This document shows positions 1 through 7,544 of a stretch of DNA of 32,000 nucleotides, in pieces. The notes beneath the pieces were generated by a model. The model saw only the letters and a program-made list of their open reading frames with translations. It searched no databases and was not told the origin of the DNA. The DNA is taken from positions 2,096,789 through 2,128,788 of the forward strand of contig NZ_CM001776.1 of assembly GCF_000332275.1 (NCBI RefSeq), read 5' to 3'. Every line of letters starts with the position of its first letter. Position 1 is the stretch's first letter. This DNA is from Synechococcus sp. PCC 7336 (GTDB taxonomy: Bacteria; Cyanobacteriota; Cyanobacteriia; Thermostichales; PCC-7336). The translations under genes were made by a program, and so were the position numbers.

Positions 1-822
1 CGCCCATTTCTGCAGCCGTTGTGGCAACAACACTTGATTCCACTGCACTAAAAAGAGAGCCGCCACCGTTATCCCTGCCAACAGTCCTATCCAACCGCCG
101 CGACTGAGGGTCATCACCAGACAGATGGCATTCATGCCGGTGGCCGCCACCGCAAACAGCTTCGAGCCCCAGCCCGACCAAGCCCAAGCCGCGATTAAAC
201 CAATCGGCACGATCGGAATGAGATAGCCTGCCAATAGGTTGGGATTGTTGAGATGGCTGTAGACTCGCGTCGCCCCCGCTAGGGGAGAATTGGGATCGGT
301 CCAGGTGGCCAGTTCTTCAGCGCCATAGAAAAATTGGCGCAGGCCGTAAATACTCACCCACACACTTGTCAATAACAGGACGGCAATCAGCCAATTGCGA
401 TAGCGCGGATTCTGCATGGTGCGATGGAGCAGCAGAAATCCCAGCAGGTAGAGAGTGAGCTTAAGCCAACCTTCGAATGCTTGGGCTTGAACTGGGGAAA
501 AGGCCATAGCAAAGGTGGCAACGGCCCAGTACACCCCAATAGGAAGGTGCAAGGGGGAGGGGATAGGAGGTAACAGCAGCCATTGCAACCCCACCAGCAC
601 TGCCATCCCCAGCAATAACAGACCCAGCGGACCGGTGGAGGGTTGGGCAGACAACATTAAATATAGGGCTGCCAAGGCCACACTCATGGGTTCCAGCCAG
701 CGACCCAATAGACTGACTTGGCCCCAGAGCTGAAACCGTCCGGCCAGTTGGCCCAATTGACTGCCCTGCCACCATTGCAGAGCCGGGTATTGCCAGGGCA
801 TCCAGGGAGTCCACGCTGCCAT
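1..822 (-). CDS. ictB: IctB family (O-antigen ligase-like) putative bicarbonate transport-related membrane protein; C-terminus truncated by window edge
   Basis: Manual reverse-strand translation from ATG at 822..820 gives an open frame to base 1 (274 codons): MAAWTPWMPWQYPALQWWQGSQLGQLAG...; ...KLTLYLLGFLLLHRTMQNPRYRNWLIAVLLLTSVCVSIYGLRQFFYGAEELATWTDPNSPLAGATRVYSHLNNPNLLAGYLIP..., matching the recalled IctB signature (VYGLRQ..YG.EELATW.D.NS......RVYSYL.NPNLLA.YL). Absent from the ORF track because there is no stop inside the window. Confidence 0.88.
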   Translation of the reverse strand, partial: MAAWTPWMPWQYPALQWWQGSQLGQLAGRFQLWGQVSLLGRWLEPMSVALAALYLMLSAQPSTGPLGLLLLGMAVLVGLQWLLLPPIPSPLHLPIGVYWAVATFAMAFSPVQAQAFEGWLKLTLYLLGFLLLHRTMQNPRYRNWLIAVLLLTSVWVSIYGLRQFFYGAEELATWTDPNSPLAGATRVYSHLNNPNLLAGYLIPIVPIGLIAAWAWSGWGSKLFAVAATGMNAICLVMTLSRGGWIGLLAGITVAALFLVQWNQVLLPQRLQKWA

Positions 823-1256
823 CTCATCACCTCGCGAATCAGATTCAGCCTAGCCTGCGATCGCCTCGCTTCCCACTCGGCCAGCAGGCGATCGCGATTC
901 TTCGAGACTGCGTTAGCAGGTAGTTTGCCATCGATCGCGAGCAATCTGCATATCGGTTGCCAGAATCAGAATATGCAGGGAATGGCAATGCGGAGAGTGG
1001 AGGGAGGTTGATAGCATGAATGCAGGATTGAAGCGATCTGACATCGTTGAATCCAAGGAGAGTCGAACAGTCCCCTGTGGCCTGACGCTCGTTTGGACAG
1101 AGATGTTAGGACCTTCCATCCCGCCGCAGAATTACTGAATTCGACGGCAAAAACTTACAGAAAGATATTCGTGATAGACTAAAATTATACGAAGTCTGTC
1201 TCTTCCCAAGCACTAACACCGCAATACAAGCCTGACTTACCCGATTGGAGTTTTTG

Positions 1257-1616
1257 ATGTTTAACCTGCGATCGCTACTCGCAACCGTCGCTATTGCAGC
1301 CACCGCACTCGCCGGCATTGCTCTCGAAGCTAACGCCCAAAGATCGCTCTGGCTATACAACGGCGGTTCCACCACAGTTGAAGGATATTTCAATGCTGGC
1401 GAATCGATTTATGGCACTTGCGATGGCGACTGTTTCGACCTAGACCTATTTCTCTACGATGCGAATGGAAATGCGATCGGCAGCGATACGGCTACAGATG
1501 CATTTCCAATTGTGACCGCTCCTGCTGAGGGGTATTACACCGTTGAAGTGACGATGCCTGACTGCAGCCATCCTCAGGGATGTGCGGTGGAAGTAACCTC
1601 CGATTTCGGCTTCTAG
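1257..1616 (+). CDS. Small secreted protein with signal peptide, mature domain rich in Asp and containing four Cys
   Basis: ORF 1245..1616; ATG at 1257 preferred over TTG at 1245. N-terminus MFNLRSLLATVAIAATALAGIALEANAQ looks like a Sec signal peptide; mature part WLYNGGSTTVEGYFNAGESIYGTCDGDCFDLDLFLYDANGNAIGSDTA... resembles pre-peptidase C-terminal-type beta domains. Confidence 0.7.
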   Translation: MFNLRSLLATVAIAATALAGIALEANAQRSLWLYNGGSTTVEGYFNAGESIYGTCDGDCFDLDLFLYDANGNAIGSDTATDAFPIVTAPAEGYYTVEVTMPDCSHPQGCAVEVTSDFGF

Positions 1617-1652
1617 ATTCCATTCGGGGCTCAACTGGAGTTGGTTAAGGGC

Positions 1653-3617
1653 TCAGATCGATCCAGTCTGCTGTAAGTAATAGTGGAATCGCTGTTCGAG
1701 CGGCTCGCGATCGATAGTCTGCGTCCAGTACTCCACCACTGTATGGCCAAATGCCCAGGCATTGCGGTCGGCAGTGGTGGAGTTGTTGGTGAGGAGGGGC
1801 CAGAGGACGAGCAGGTCGAAGGGGCGATCGCCCGAGTTGTCCAGTAAAGCGAACAGTTCGTAAGCCATCTGCAGTTTGCCGAGCATAACGGGTAACTGTT
1901 CGACTGGAATTTTCTGGGCTAGAGCGACGGCCAGAGCAGTGGAACCCGTAGCGAGGGTGGAGACAAACTGCAGCACCGGACTTTTGAGCAGCTCGGTTAA
2001 CCCCTGCGAGGTGGACATCTGGAAGGTATAGCGATCGATAATTTGGGCTGCCGCCACGATACGGGCATCTCGATCGCGCAGAAATCGGGCCATGCGCGAC
2101 TGCTTGGCAGGTTCGAGGGTTTGGAGCAGAGCCAGCGAGAGGGCATCGATGCCCCAGCTCTCTCGTCCGACAGTACGATCGCCGTTAACCACAGGCAACA
2201 GCAGCGTACAAAACTCCCCCAGTAATTCAGCCCGATAGTCAATCGCTCCCTTGATATTGAGCTCTTTGGGGCGATCGCCCAACTGCCAGTCATAGGGAGG
2301 CGACCATTCCCGTAACGGACGCAAGCGATCCACTTGGGTAACAGCCACGATCGCAGGCAGATCGGGAATTTCCGCTCGAATCTCCTTCAGCAGGTCGATA
2401 TCCATTTGTAGAGACGGATCGAGGGCGGGAGTCACCAACACCACTGCATCGACTTGGCGGGCAAACTCCAGTACCAACTGCCGCAGGTCATCCCGCTCCA
2501 CCTGCTCGTACCCCGGACTATCCCACAACAGCAGTGTTTCTCCGCTATCGGCCTGCCATCGATAACTGCGCGTGGCTTCTGTGCTGGGCAACAGATCGAC
2601 AACGGCTCGCTCTGCCTGAAAGACTGAATTCACAAGGCTGCTCTTGCCCGCCCCCGTCCGCCCCACTAGCAAGAGATTGACAGGCTTTTGGGCGATCGCC
2701 TCCACCGGTTCTGCTGCCTCCAAAATGGCTTGCAAGGTTTGGGTGTCAGTATCTTGCGACGGAGAGGGTGGGGCAATCTCCACTGGCTGAATCGCACTAC
2801 TGCCGCTGTAGAGGGCGATCGCCTGTCGGTATAGATTCCTCAGGGCAGCCTCTCGCAGGACTTGGCTCAAATTGGCTGCCAGTTGCTCGTTGGCCCGGTC
2901 TGTAGAGTTTCGTCCCAACCAGCGAGCCAGCGCTGCTGCGGGGTTGAGTAACCATTGGGCGACGTTCAACACTTGCCGGAGGCGGCGAGCTGCAGGTTCT
3001 AACTGTTGGTAGAGCTCGTAGCCGCGATAGACCTGACCGACGGTGACGCGGTTGAGGACGGGGGACAATTGCTCGATCCAGCGATCCAAATCGTCCACAG
3101 TACCTCGTACCAGACCGTAAGCCTGCGTGACATAAATATTGAGCAGCGGATATTTGGCCTCTGGATGATAAATCTGCGCGATCGCCGTGACTAAATCCTG
3201 GCAGCGCTGCCAAAATGTCGTCCAATCCAGCCAAAAGGGCAAGTCCTCCCGTGCTGCCTGCAATATTGTCTGCAATTGCGCCTCTGCCTGTCGAGCAGTC
3301 TCTGCATCCCCTGCAACCCCTACCGCCACCGACGCCTCCAGTTCCTGCTCTAGTGCCGCTAATGTTTCCTCTCCCCAGTGGGTTGCCTCTTCTGCGGGCC
3401 GAGTCCACTGCACCAACAACCACCGCCAGCCCAAGAAGACAACGACAAAGACAGCCCAAATCCAGTTCAATCTCCAGGTGTGAATTTGCCACCCGGCCGC
3501 CACGCCAATCAAGGCGATCGCCGCCAGCATCGGCGCGACTAAAACGCCCCATTGCCACCACCGCAAGAGTTTATTTTCAGATTGCTTACTGGTGAGTTGC
3601 GCACGATTGGATTGCAC
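1653..3617 (-). CDS. Membrane-associated P-loop GTPase (Era/dynamin-like superfamily), 654 aa
   Basis: G1 LLLVGRTGAGKSSLVN, G3 LLWDSPGYEQ, G4-like AVTQVDRL; two hydrophobic segments near the N-terminus (WQWGVLVAPMLAAIALIGVAAGW, WIWAVFVVVFLGWRWLL) and a C-terminal FVSTLATGSTALAVALAQ segment. Confidence 0.85.
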   Translation of the reverse strand: MQSNRAQLTSKQSENKLLRWWQWGVLVAPMLAAIALIGVAAGWQIHTWRLNWIWAVFVVVFLGWRWLLVQWTRPAEEATHWGEETLAALEQELEASVAVGVAGDAETARQAEAQLQTILQAAREDLPFWLDWTTFWQRCQDLVTAIAQIYHPEAKYPLLNIYVTQAYGLVRGTVDDLDRWIEQLSPVLNRVTVGQVYRGYELYQQLEPAARRLRQVLNVAQWLLNPAAALARWLGRNSTDRANEQLAANLSQVLREAALRNLYRQAIALYSGSSAIQPVEIAPPSPSQDTDTQTLQAILEAAEPVEAIAQKPVNLLLVGRTGAGKSSLVNSVFQAERAVVDLLPSTEATRSYRWQADSGETLLLWDSPGYEQVERDDLRQLVLEFARQVDAVVLVTPALDPSLQMDIDLLKEIRAEIPDLPAIVAVTQVDRLRPLREWSPPYDWQLGDRPKELNIKGAIDYRAELLGEFCTLLLPVVNGDRTVGRESWGIDALSLALLQTLEPAKQSRMARFLRDRDARIVAAAQIIDRYTFQMSTSQGLTELLKSPVLQFVSTLATGSTALAVALAQKIPVEQLPVMLGKLQMAYELFALLDNSGDRPFDLLVLWPLLTNNSTTADRNAWAFGHTVVEYWTQTIDREPLEQRFHYYLQQTGSI

Positions 3618-3632
3618 GATGGCAGCTTCCTT

Positions 3633-4961
3633 TCAGCTTTTCTTTGGCGATCGCTGTCGCTTCACGACTCTGAACCCTTCTGCCTTACTTTGAGTGAGTT
3701 CCTCTTTCTTTTGTAAGGCTGGCTGGATGACTTCGTCGAGGTTCTCGATCAAATCGTCTTTATCGAAGTAGGGAAATACATCCAAAACCCAGTTGTACTT
3801 TTGCTGCAGGTCTCTGAACATGGCGAAGGGGAGTTCGCCATCCTGCAGAATGGGAGCGAACGGAATCATGTAGTCCGGCACTGTGGCCTGCAGTTCTAGG
3901 GGCGTGGATTTGGGGTTGGTGATGTCGGCAATGATGAAGGCACACATACCGGCTAAAGTTTTCACGGTTTCTGTAAAATCCCGCTCGGTTGGACGCTCGA
4001 AATCGAACACCATGGGTAAGTAGTCCTGTTGGCGCAGGTTATCTCGAATGGCGTCGAGAATTTCTTTCCGGCCTTCTCCCGTGAACCGACCCAGGATTAA
4101 AACCCCCTTTTGGCCAACGGTGGTGAGGACATTGCGAATCTTTTGGTTATTCAAAATTAAGTAAACAAACTGAGCCACCTCTAGATCGTCAACAGTAATC
4201 TCGGCTTCGTCCTTGCGATTGATAATCAAGCTTCTCTGTTCGGTGCCTTCCAGGTTTAAGTTCCAAGCAGATATCCCATAAATTCTGCAGTTGTGTAATT
4301 TCGTATTTTCGAGATGGGTTTCGACGAGGTGGGCCTTACTGAGATCGGTGCCGCTCAAGTCGGTTTTTTGCTCGCTAGTGCCACTCAGATCTGCGCCGGT
4401 TAGGTCGGCCCGGACTAACGATGTATTGCTAAAAATGGCTTGATTGAGCTGTGCCTCGCGCAGGTTGGCTTGATTGAACTGCGCGTCGCTGAGATTGGCC
4501 CCAATCAGGTTGGCTTGAAAGAGGTGAGCTCCGCCGAGATAGGCTTCACTCAGATTGGCCTGGTGGAGATTGGCCATGCTGAGGTCGGTTTCGCTGAGAA
4601 TGGCTTGACTGAGATCGGCTTGGCTGAGATCGGCTCCGCTCAAAATGGCCTGATGCAGATCGGCTTCGATCGCCGAGGCTTGGCGCAAGTCGGCTCCGGC
4701 GAGGTTGGCTTGGCAGAGGTCGGCTCCATTCAGTTGGATGGCTTGGAGGTTGGCCTGAAAGAGATTGGCCGCAGATAGGTCAGCTGCATTCAGATTGGCC
4801 TCGTGTAGGTCGGCTCCAGCGAGATTGGCTTTGTGGAGGTTGGCCTCGCTCAAGTCAGCCTGGGCTAGATCGATTGTGAGGATGGTGGGGTTTTTCAGTC
4901 TCCATTGATTCCATTCCTCGACCCCTTGCTGCAACCGCTCGACAGACTCCAAATTGGCCAT
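3633..4961 (-). CDS. Pentapeptide-repeat protein with C-terminal TIR/nucleoside deoxyribosyltransferase-like Rossmannoid domain
   Basis: About 200 residues of A(D/N)LXX repeats (ADLSEANLHKANLAGADLHEANLNAADL...), then GVLILGRFTGEGRKEILDAIRDNLRQQDYLPMVFDFERPTERDFTETVKTLAGMCAFIIADITNPKSTPLELQATVP... Confidence 0.85.
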   Translation of the reverse strand: MANLESVERLQQGVEEWNQWRLKNPTILTIDLAQADLSEANLHKANLAGADLHEANLNAADLSAANLFQANLQAIQLNGADLCQANLAGADLRQASAIEADLHQAILSGADLSQADLSQAILSETDLSMANLHQANLSEAYLGGAHLFQANLIGANLSDAQFNQANLREAQLNQAIFSNTSLVRADLTGADLSGTSEQKTDLSGTDLSKAHLVETHLENTKLHNCRIYGISAWNLNLEGTEQRSLIINRKDEAEITVDDLEVAQFVYLILNNQKIRNVLTTVGQKGVLILGRFTGEGRKEILDAIRDNLRQQDYLPMVFDFERPTERDFTETVKTLAGMCAFIIADITNPKSTPLELQATVPDYMIPFAPILQDGELPFAMFRDLQQKYNWVLDVFPYFDKDDLIENLDEVIQPALQKKEELTQSKAEGFRVVKRQRSPKKS

Positions 4962-5031
4962 AAGTTTCCTCTCAGATCGCTGCGCGGAGTAATAGTCCCA
5001 ATATTCAAAAAATTAGCTCGTTTATACCGAC

Positions 5032-6135
5032 TTAATAGGCCCAGCGAGCTAATGCATAATTGCGTGTCACCGCTAAATTTAATCCCACCAGCAGCGCGAT
5101 CGCGCTATACCTCAACCACGCCGGCGTGCGACTGAGGCGATCGCCTAGCCAAAACCAGGCGGGGAAGAGTACGGCTCCATAGCGGAAGACGTTGACGAGT
5201 TCCCCCTGCAGCAACATGACGCCCATTGACACGAGCAGGTAGGCGGATAGGGGGGGTGAGGCTTTCCAAATAGCGATCGCCACTCCCACAACAACAAAAA
5301 ACACCGCGTGGTGCAGAATCGAGCCCAGTTCGGTATTCTGCCATTCATTGCCAAACCAAAAGGTTTTCAGAACGGACAGCAGTGATGTTGCTTGACTCCA
5401 CTCCGATTGCACGCTGACCGATTTGAGGGGATTGCCGGTTTCTAGGTATTGGTAGAGGATGTAGCTCAATCCGAAAGGGGTGGCGATCGCGCACAGAGTG
5501 ATAACTCGCTGAAGGCGACTGCGCAGTGTTTTTAAATGCTGTGCTGCCAGATATGCAGCGATGGTGATGACAAATACTCCTTGGTTGCGGGTCAGGGTTG
5601 AAAGTCCTGCTAAGACGGCTGAGGGGAGCCACCGACCGGTTCGAGCTAGGTAAAGGGAACTGAAGGATAGGGCTAAAAAGAGAGATTCTGTGTGGTTGGT
5701 GTGGAAGGCAAAGCTGGCGGGGGAAAAGGCGAAAAATAGCCAGCCGAGACGGGTTTTGGGGTGCCAGAGGCTTGCTTCTGTTAGGGATAGATTGGGGCGT
5801 TGGGCGATCGCTGTAATTCCTGCAATCCAAGCGATGAAGATGGCTGATGACAGGATGGACCCGGCGATTTGAGGGACATTTTGTAGGCGAGTGAGGTGAG
5901 AAAATATTCCCAAGAGGGTGGGATAGAGAGGTAGGAAAGCCCAGTTGTTGACTGAATAGCCCTCTTTCACAATTTGGACGTAATGGCCTGAATCCCAGTT
6001 CCCCAGAATGGTTAGCCAGGTGAGATCGCTCGTGGCAGTGATGTAGCTCCACAGGGCGAAGTGGATGGTGAGTAGGGCAGCTACTGAGAGCCAAATAAAG
6101 CTGGGTTGGACTGAGGCTGGGGGGCGATCGGGCAT
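5032..6135 (-). CDS. Mannosyltransferase family (PIG-V-like) polytopic membrane protein
   Basis: 367 aa, multiple TM helices, LTILGNWDSGHYVQIVKEGYSVNNWAFLPLYPTLL (D-containing first loop) and LFFAFSPASFAFHTNHTESLFLALSF, typical of bacterial PIG-V-like proteins. Confidence 0.75.
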   Translation of the reverse strand: MPDRPPASVQPSFIWLSVAALLTIHFALWSYITATSDLTWLTILGNWDSGHYVQIVKEGYSVNNWAFLPLYPTLLGIFSHLTRLQNVPQIAGSILSSAIFIAWIAGITAIAQRPNLSLTEASLWHPKTRLGWLFFAFSPASFAFHTNHTESLFLALSFSSLYLARTGRWLPSAVLAGLSTLTRNQGVFVITIAAYLAAQHLKTLRSRLQRVITLCAIATPFGLSYILYQYLETGNPLKSVSVQSEWSQATSLLSVLKTFWFGNEWQNTELGSILHHAVFFVVVGVAIAIWKASPPLSAYLLVSMGVMLLQGELVNVFRYGAVLFPAWFWLGDRLSRTPAWLRYSAIALLVGLNLAVTRNYALARWAY

Positions 6136-6317
6136 GGGTTGCGCTGGGCCATTGTATCGATCGCACTGTAGCGCTGGGGGGATGTTAGTGCTAGTAGAGG
6201 TCGGCTCGCTTGTCGATCCGGGTCACTGCATTTCTATGCTCCATATCGAGGTTAGTCGCTTTGACGCTTTGACGTTATGATGCTATGACATCAAACTCGT
6301 TATTTGAGGAGGTCTGT

Positions 6318-6551
6318 ATGACCGAGCCGTCGAAGCGTTCTACCATTTACTTCGATCCAGAACTGCATAAGGCTTTGCGCCTTAAAGCGGCATCTACCCA
6401 CCGGTCGGTATCCGATCTGGTGAATGAGGCGGTTCGCCAATCCTTGCAAGAGGATCGAGACGATCTCGCCGCCTTTGATGAGCGAGGTGCCGAGCCTACG
6501 ATGACCTATGAAGAGTTGCTGAGCGACCTGAAAGCACATGGCAAACTTTAA
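6318..6551 (+). CDS. CopG/ribbon-helix-helix type antitoxin
   Basis: MTEPSKRSTIYFDPELHKALRLKAASTHRSVSDLVNEAVRQSL: classic RHH motif. ATG at 6318 preceded by GAGGAGG. Confidence 0.85.
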   Translation: MTEPSKRSTIYFDPELHKALRLKAASTHRSVSDLVNEAVRQSLQEDRDDLAAFDERGAEPTMTYEELLSDLKAHGKL

Positions 6552-6801
6552 GGTCATCTTCAAGCAGTCTGTTGCAAAGGACCTTCGCCGTATTCCCAAC
6601 AAGGATATTGCTAGAATTCTGAACCGTATAGAGGGGCTTGCTGTCGAACCTCGACCTCCGGGGGTAGAAAAACTCTCTGCTCAAGAGAGGTATCGAATTC
6701 GGCAAGGTGTTTATCGGATCGTTTATGAGATTGTGGACGAGGAGGCGATCGTCGCGATCGTTAAGATTGGTCACAGGCGCGATGTATATAGAAGCAAATA
6801 A
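6538..6801 (+). CDS. RelE/ParE superfamily toxin
   Basis: MANFKVIFKQSVAKDLRRIPNKDIARILNRIEGLA...RYRIRQGVYRIVYEIVDEEAIVAIVKIGHRRDVYR; overlaps the antitoxin by 14 bp. Confidence 0.9.
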   Translation: MANFKVIFKQSVAKDLRRIPNKDIARILNRIEGLAVEPRPPGVEKLSAQERYRIRQGVYRIVYEIVDEEAIVAIVKIGHRRDVYRSK

Positions 6802-7042
6802 CAATAGCTTCAACTCGAACTGACTTTCCCGAGAGCGCTCCAAAGCCGATCGATTAAGCTGAGCGTTAGGCAGAAGGGACGGACCGATCCGCGTTCAATT
6901 GTTGGAGACTTTGTATCGTGGTGCAATACTTTCGCGAGTCAGGATTCAGGCTGAAAAAAACTCTTGAGGTGGCGCAGGTGAGCTATAGCATCGACACAGG
7001 CTCCTCGATCGGATTTTATCCATCATGACCTCCGGGGTACTC

Positions 7043-7068
7043 CCGCCAGAACGCAGAGCGTTTGGCGG
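7043..7068 (+). repeat. Left-end subterminal hairpin of the IS (11-bp stem with bulged G, 3-nt loop)
   Basis: CCGCCA-(G)-AACGC AGA GCGTT-TGGCGG. Confidence 0.8.
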
Positions 7069-7083
7069 TGAGGGGGATAGGAG

Positions 7084-7120
7084 TGCTCAGTCGGTGGGTT
7101 CAACGCCCACCGACTGAGCA
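7084..7120 (+). terminator. Perfect 15-bp stem, 7-nt loop hairpin overlapping the tnpA 3' end; possible terminator for plus-strand read-in
   Basis: TGCTCAGTCGGTGGG TTCAACG CCCACCGACTGAGCA followed on plus strand by GGAGAGTTTTGTT. The structure is certain; the terminator role is inference. Confidence 0.5.
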
Positions 7121-7518
7121 GGAGAGTTTTGTTGCTCAACATACTGCTTAATCTGTTCAAGAGTAACGCCTCCTGTTGAGGCGATAAAGTATGTACCAGT
7201 CCAAAAGACCGGCTTTTGGAAGAACTGTGCGACCCGTTCAGGAAACTGTTTACGAATCAACCGACTCGATACCGTTTTGAGGTTGTTGACCAGCTTACTA
7301 AGCGCTACATCAGGCGGGAACTCAATCAGCAGATGAACGCGATCTACCTCACCGTTGAACTCGACTAGAGTGCAATTCCACTTTTGACAGGTCTGCTCAA
7401 AGATCTCTTTCAGCCTGCTCAGCATCTCCTGATTGATGACTCTGGCCCTGTACTTTGTCACGAGCACTAAATGAATATTTAGATCGTAAACGTTTCTGTA
7501 GCCTCGTTTTAATGACAT
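7087..7518 (-). CDS. tnpA: IS200/IS605 family Y1 transposase TnpA
   Basis: 143 aa: YNVHL-type start (VYDLNIHLVLVTKYR), EVDRVHLLIEFPP (HUH-like site), C-terminal YFIASTGGVTLEQIKQYVEQQ with catalytic-Tyr context. Confidence 0.93.
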   Translation of the reverse strand: MSLKRGYRNVYDLNIHLVLVTKYRARVINQEMLSRLKEIFEQTCQKWNCTLVEFNGEVDRVHLLIEFPPDVALSKLVNNLKTVSSRLIRKQFPERVAQFFQKPVFWTGTYFIASTGGVTLEQIKQYVEQQNSPAQSVGVEPTD

Positions 7519-7544
7519 AGCGCTAAGCGAGGTATAATACGCCT

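Noticed and set aside
2797-3561. 254-aa minus-strand ORF in an alternate frame
   Set aside because: Wholly inside the GTPase gene on the same strand, low-complexity Gly/Arg-rich composition typical of a GC-rich off-frame read.
4440-4778. Plus-strand 112-aa repetitive ORF (IGLAEIGSAQNGLMQIG...)
   Set aside because: Antisense shadow of the 15-bp-periodic pentapeptide repeats; the periodicity alone keeps the frame open.
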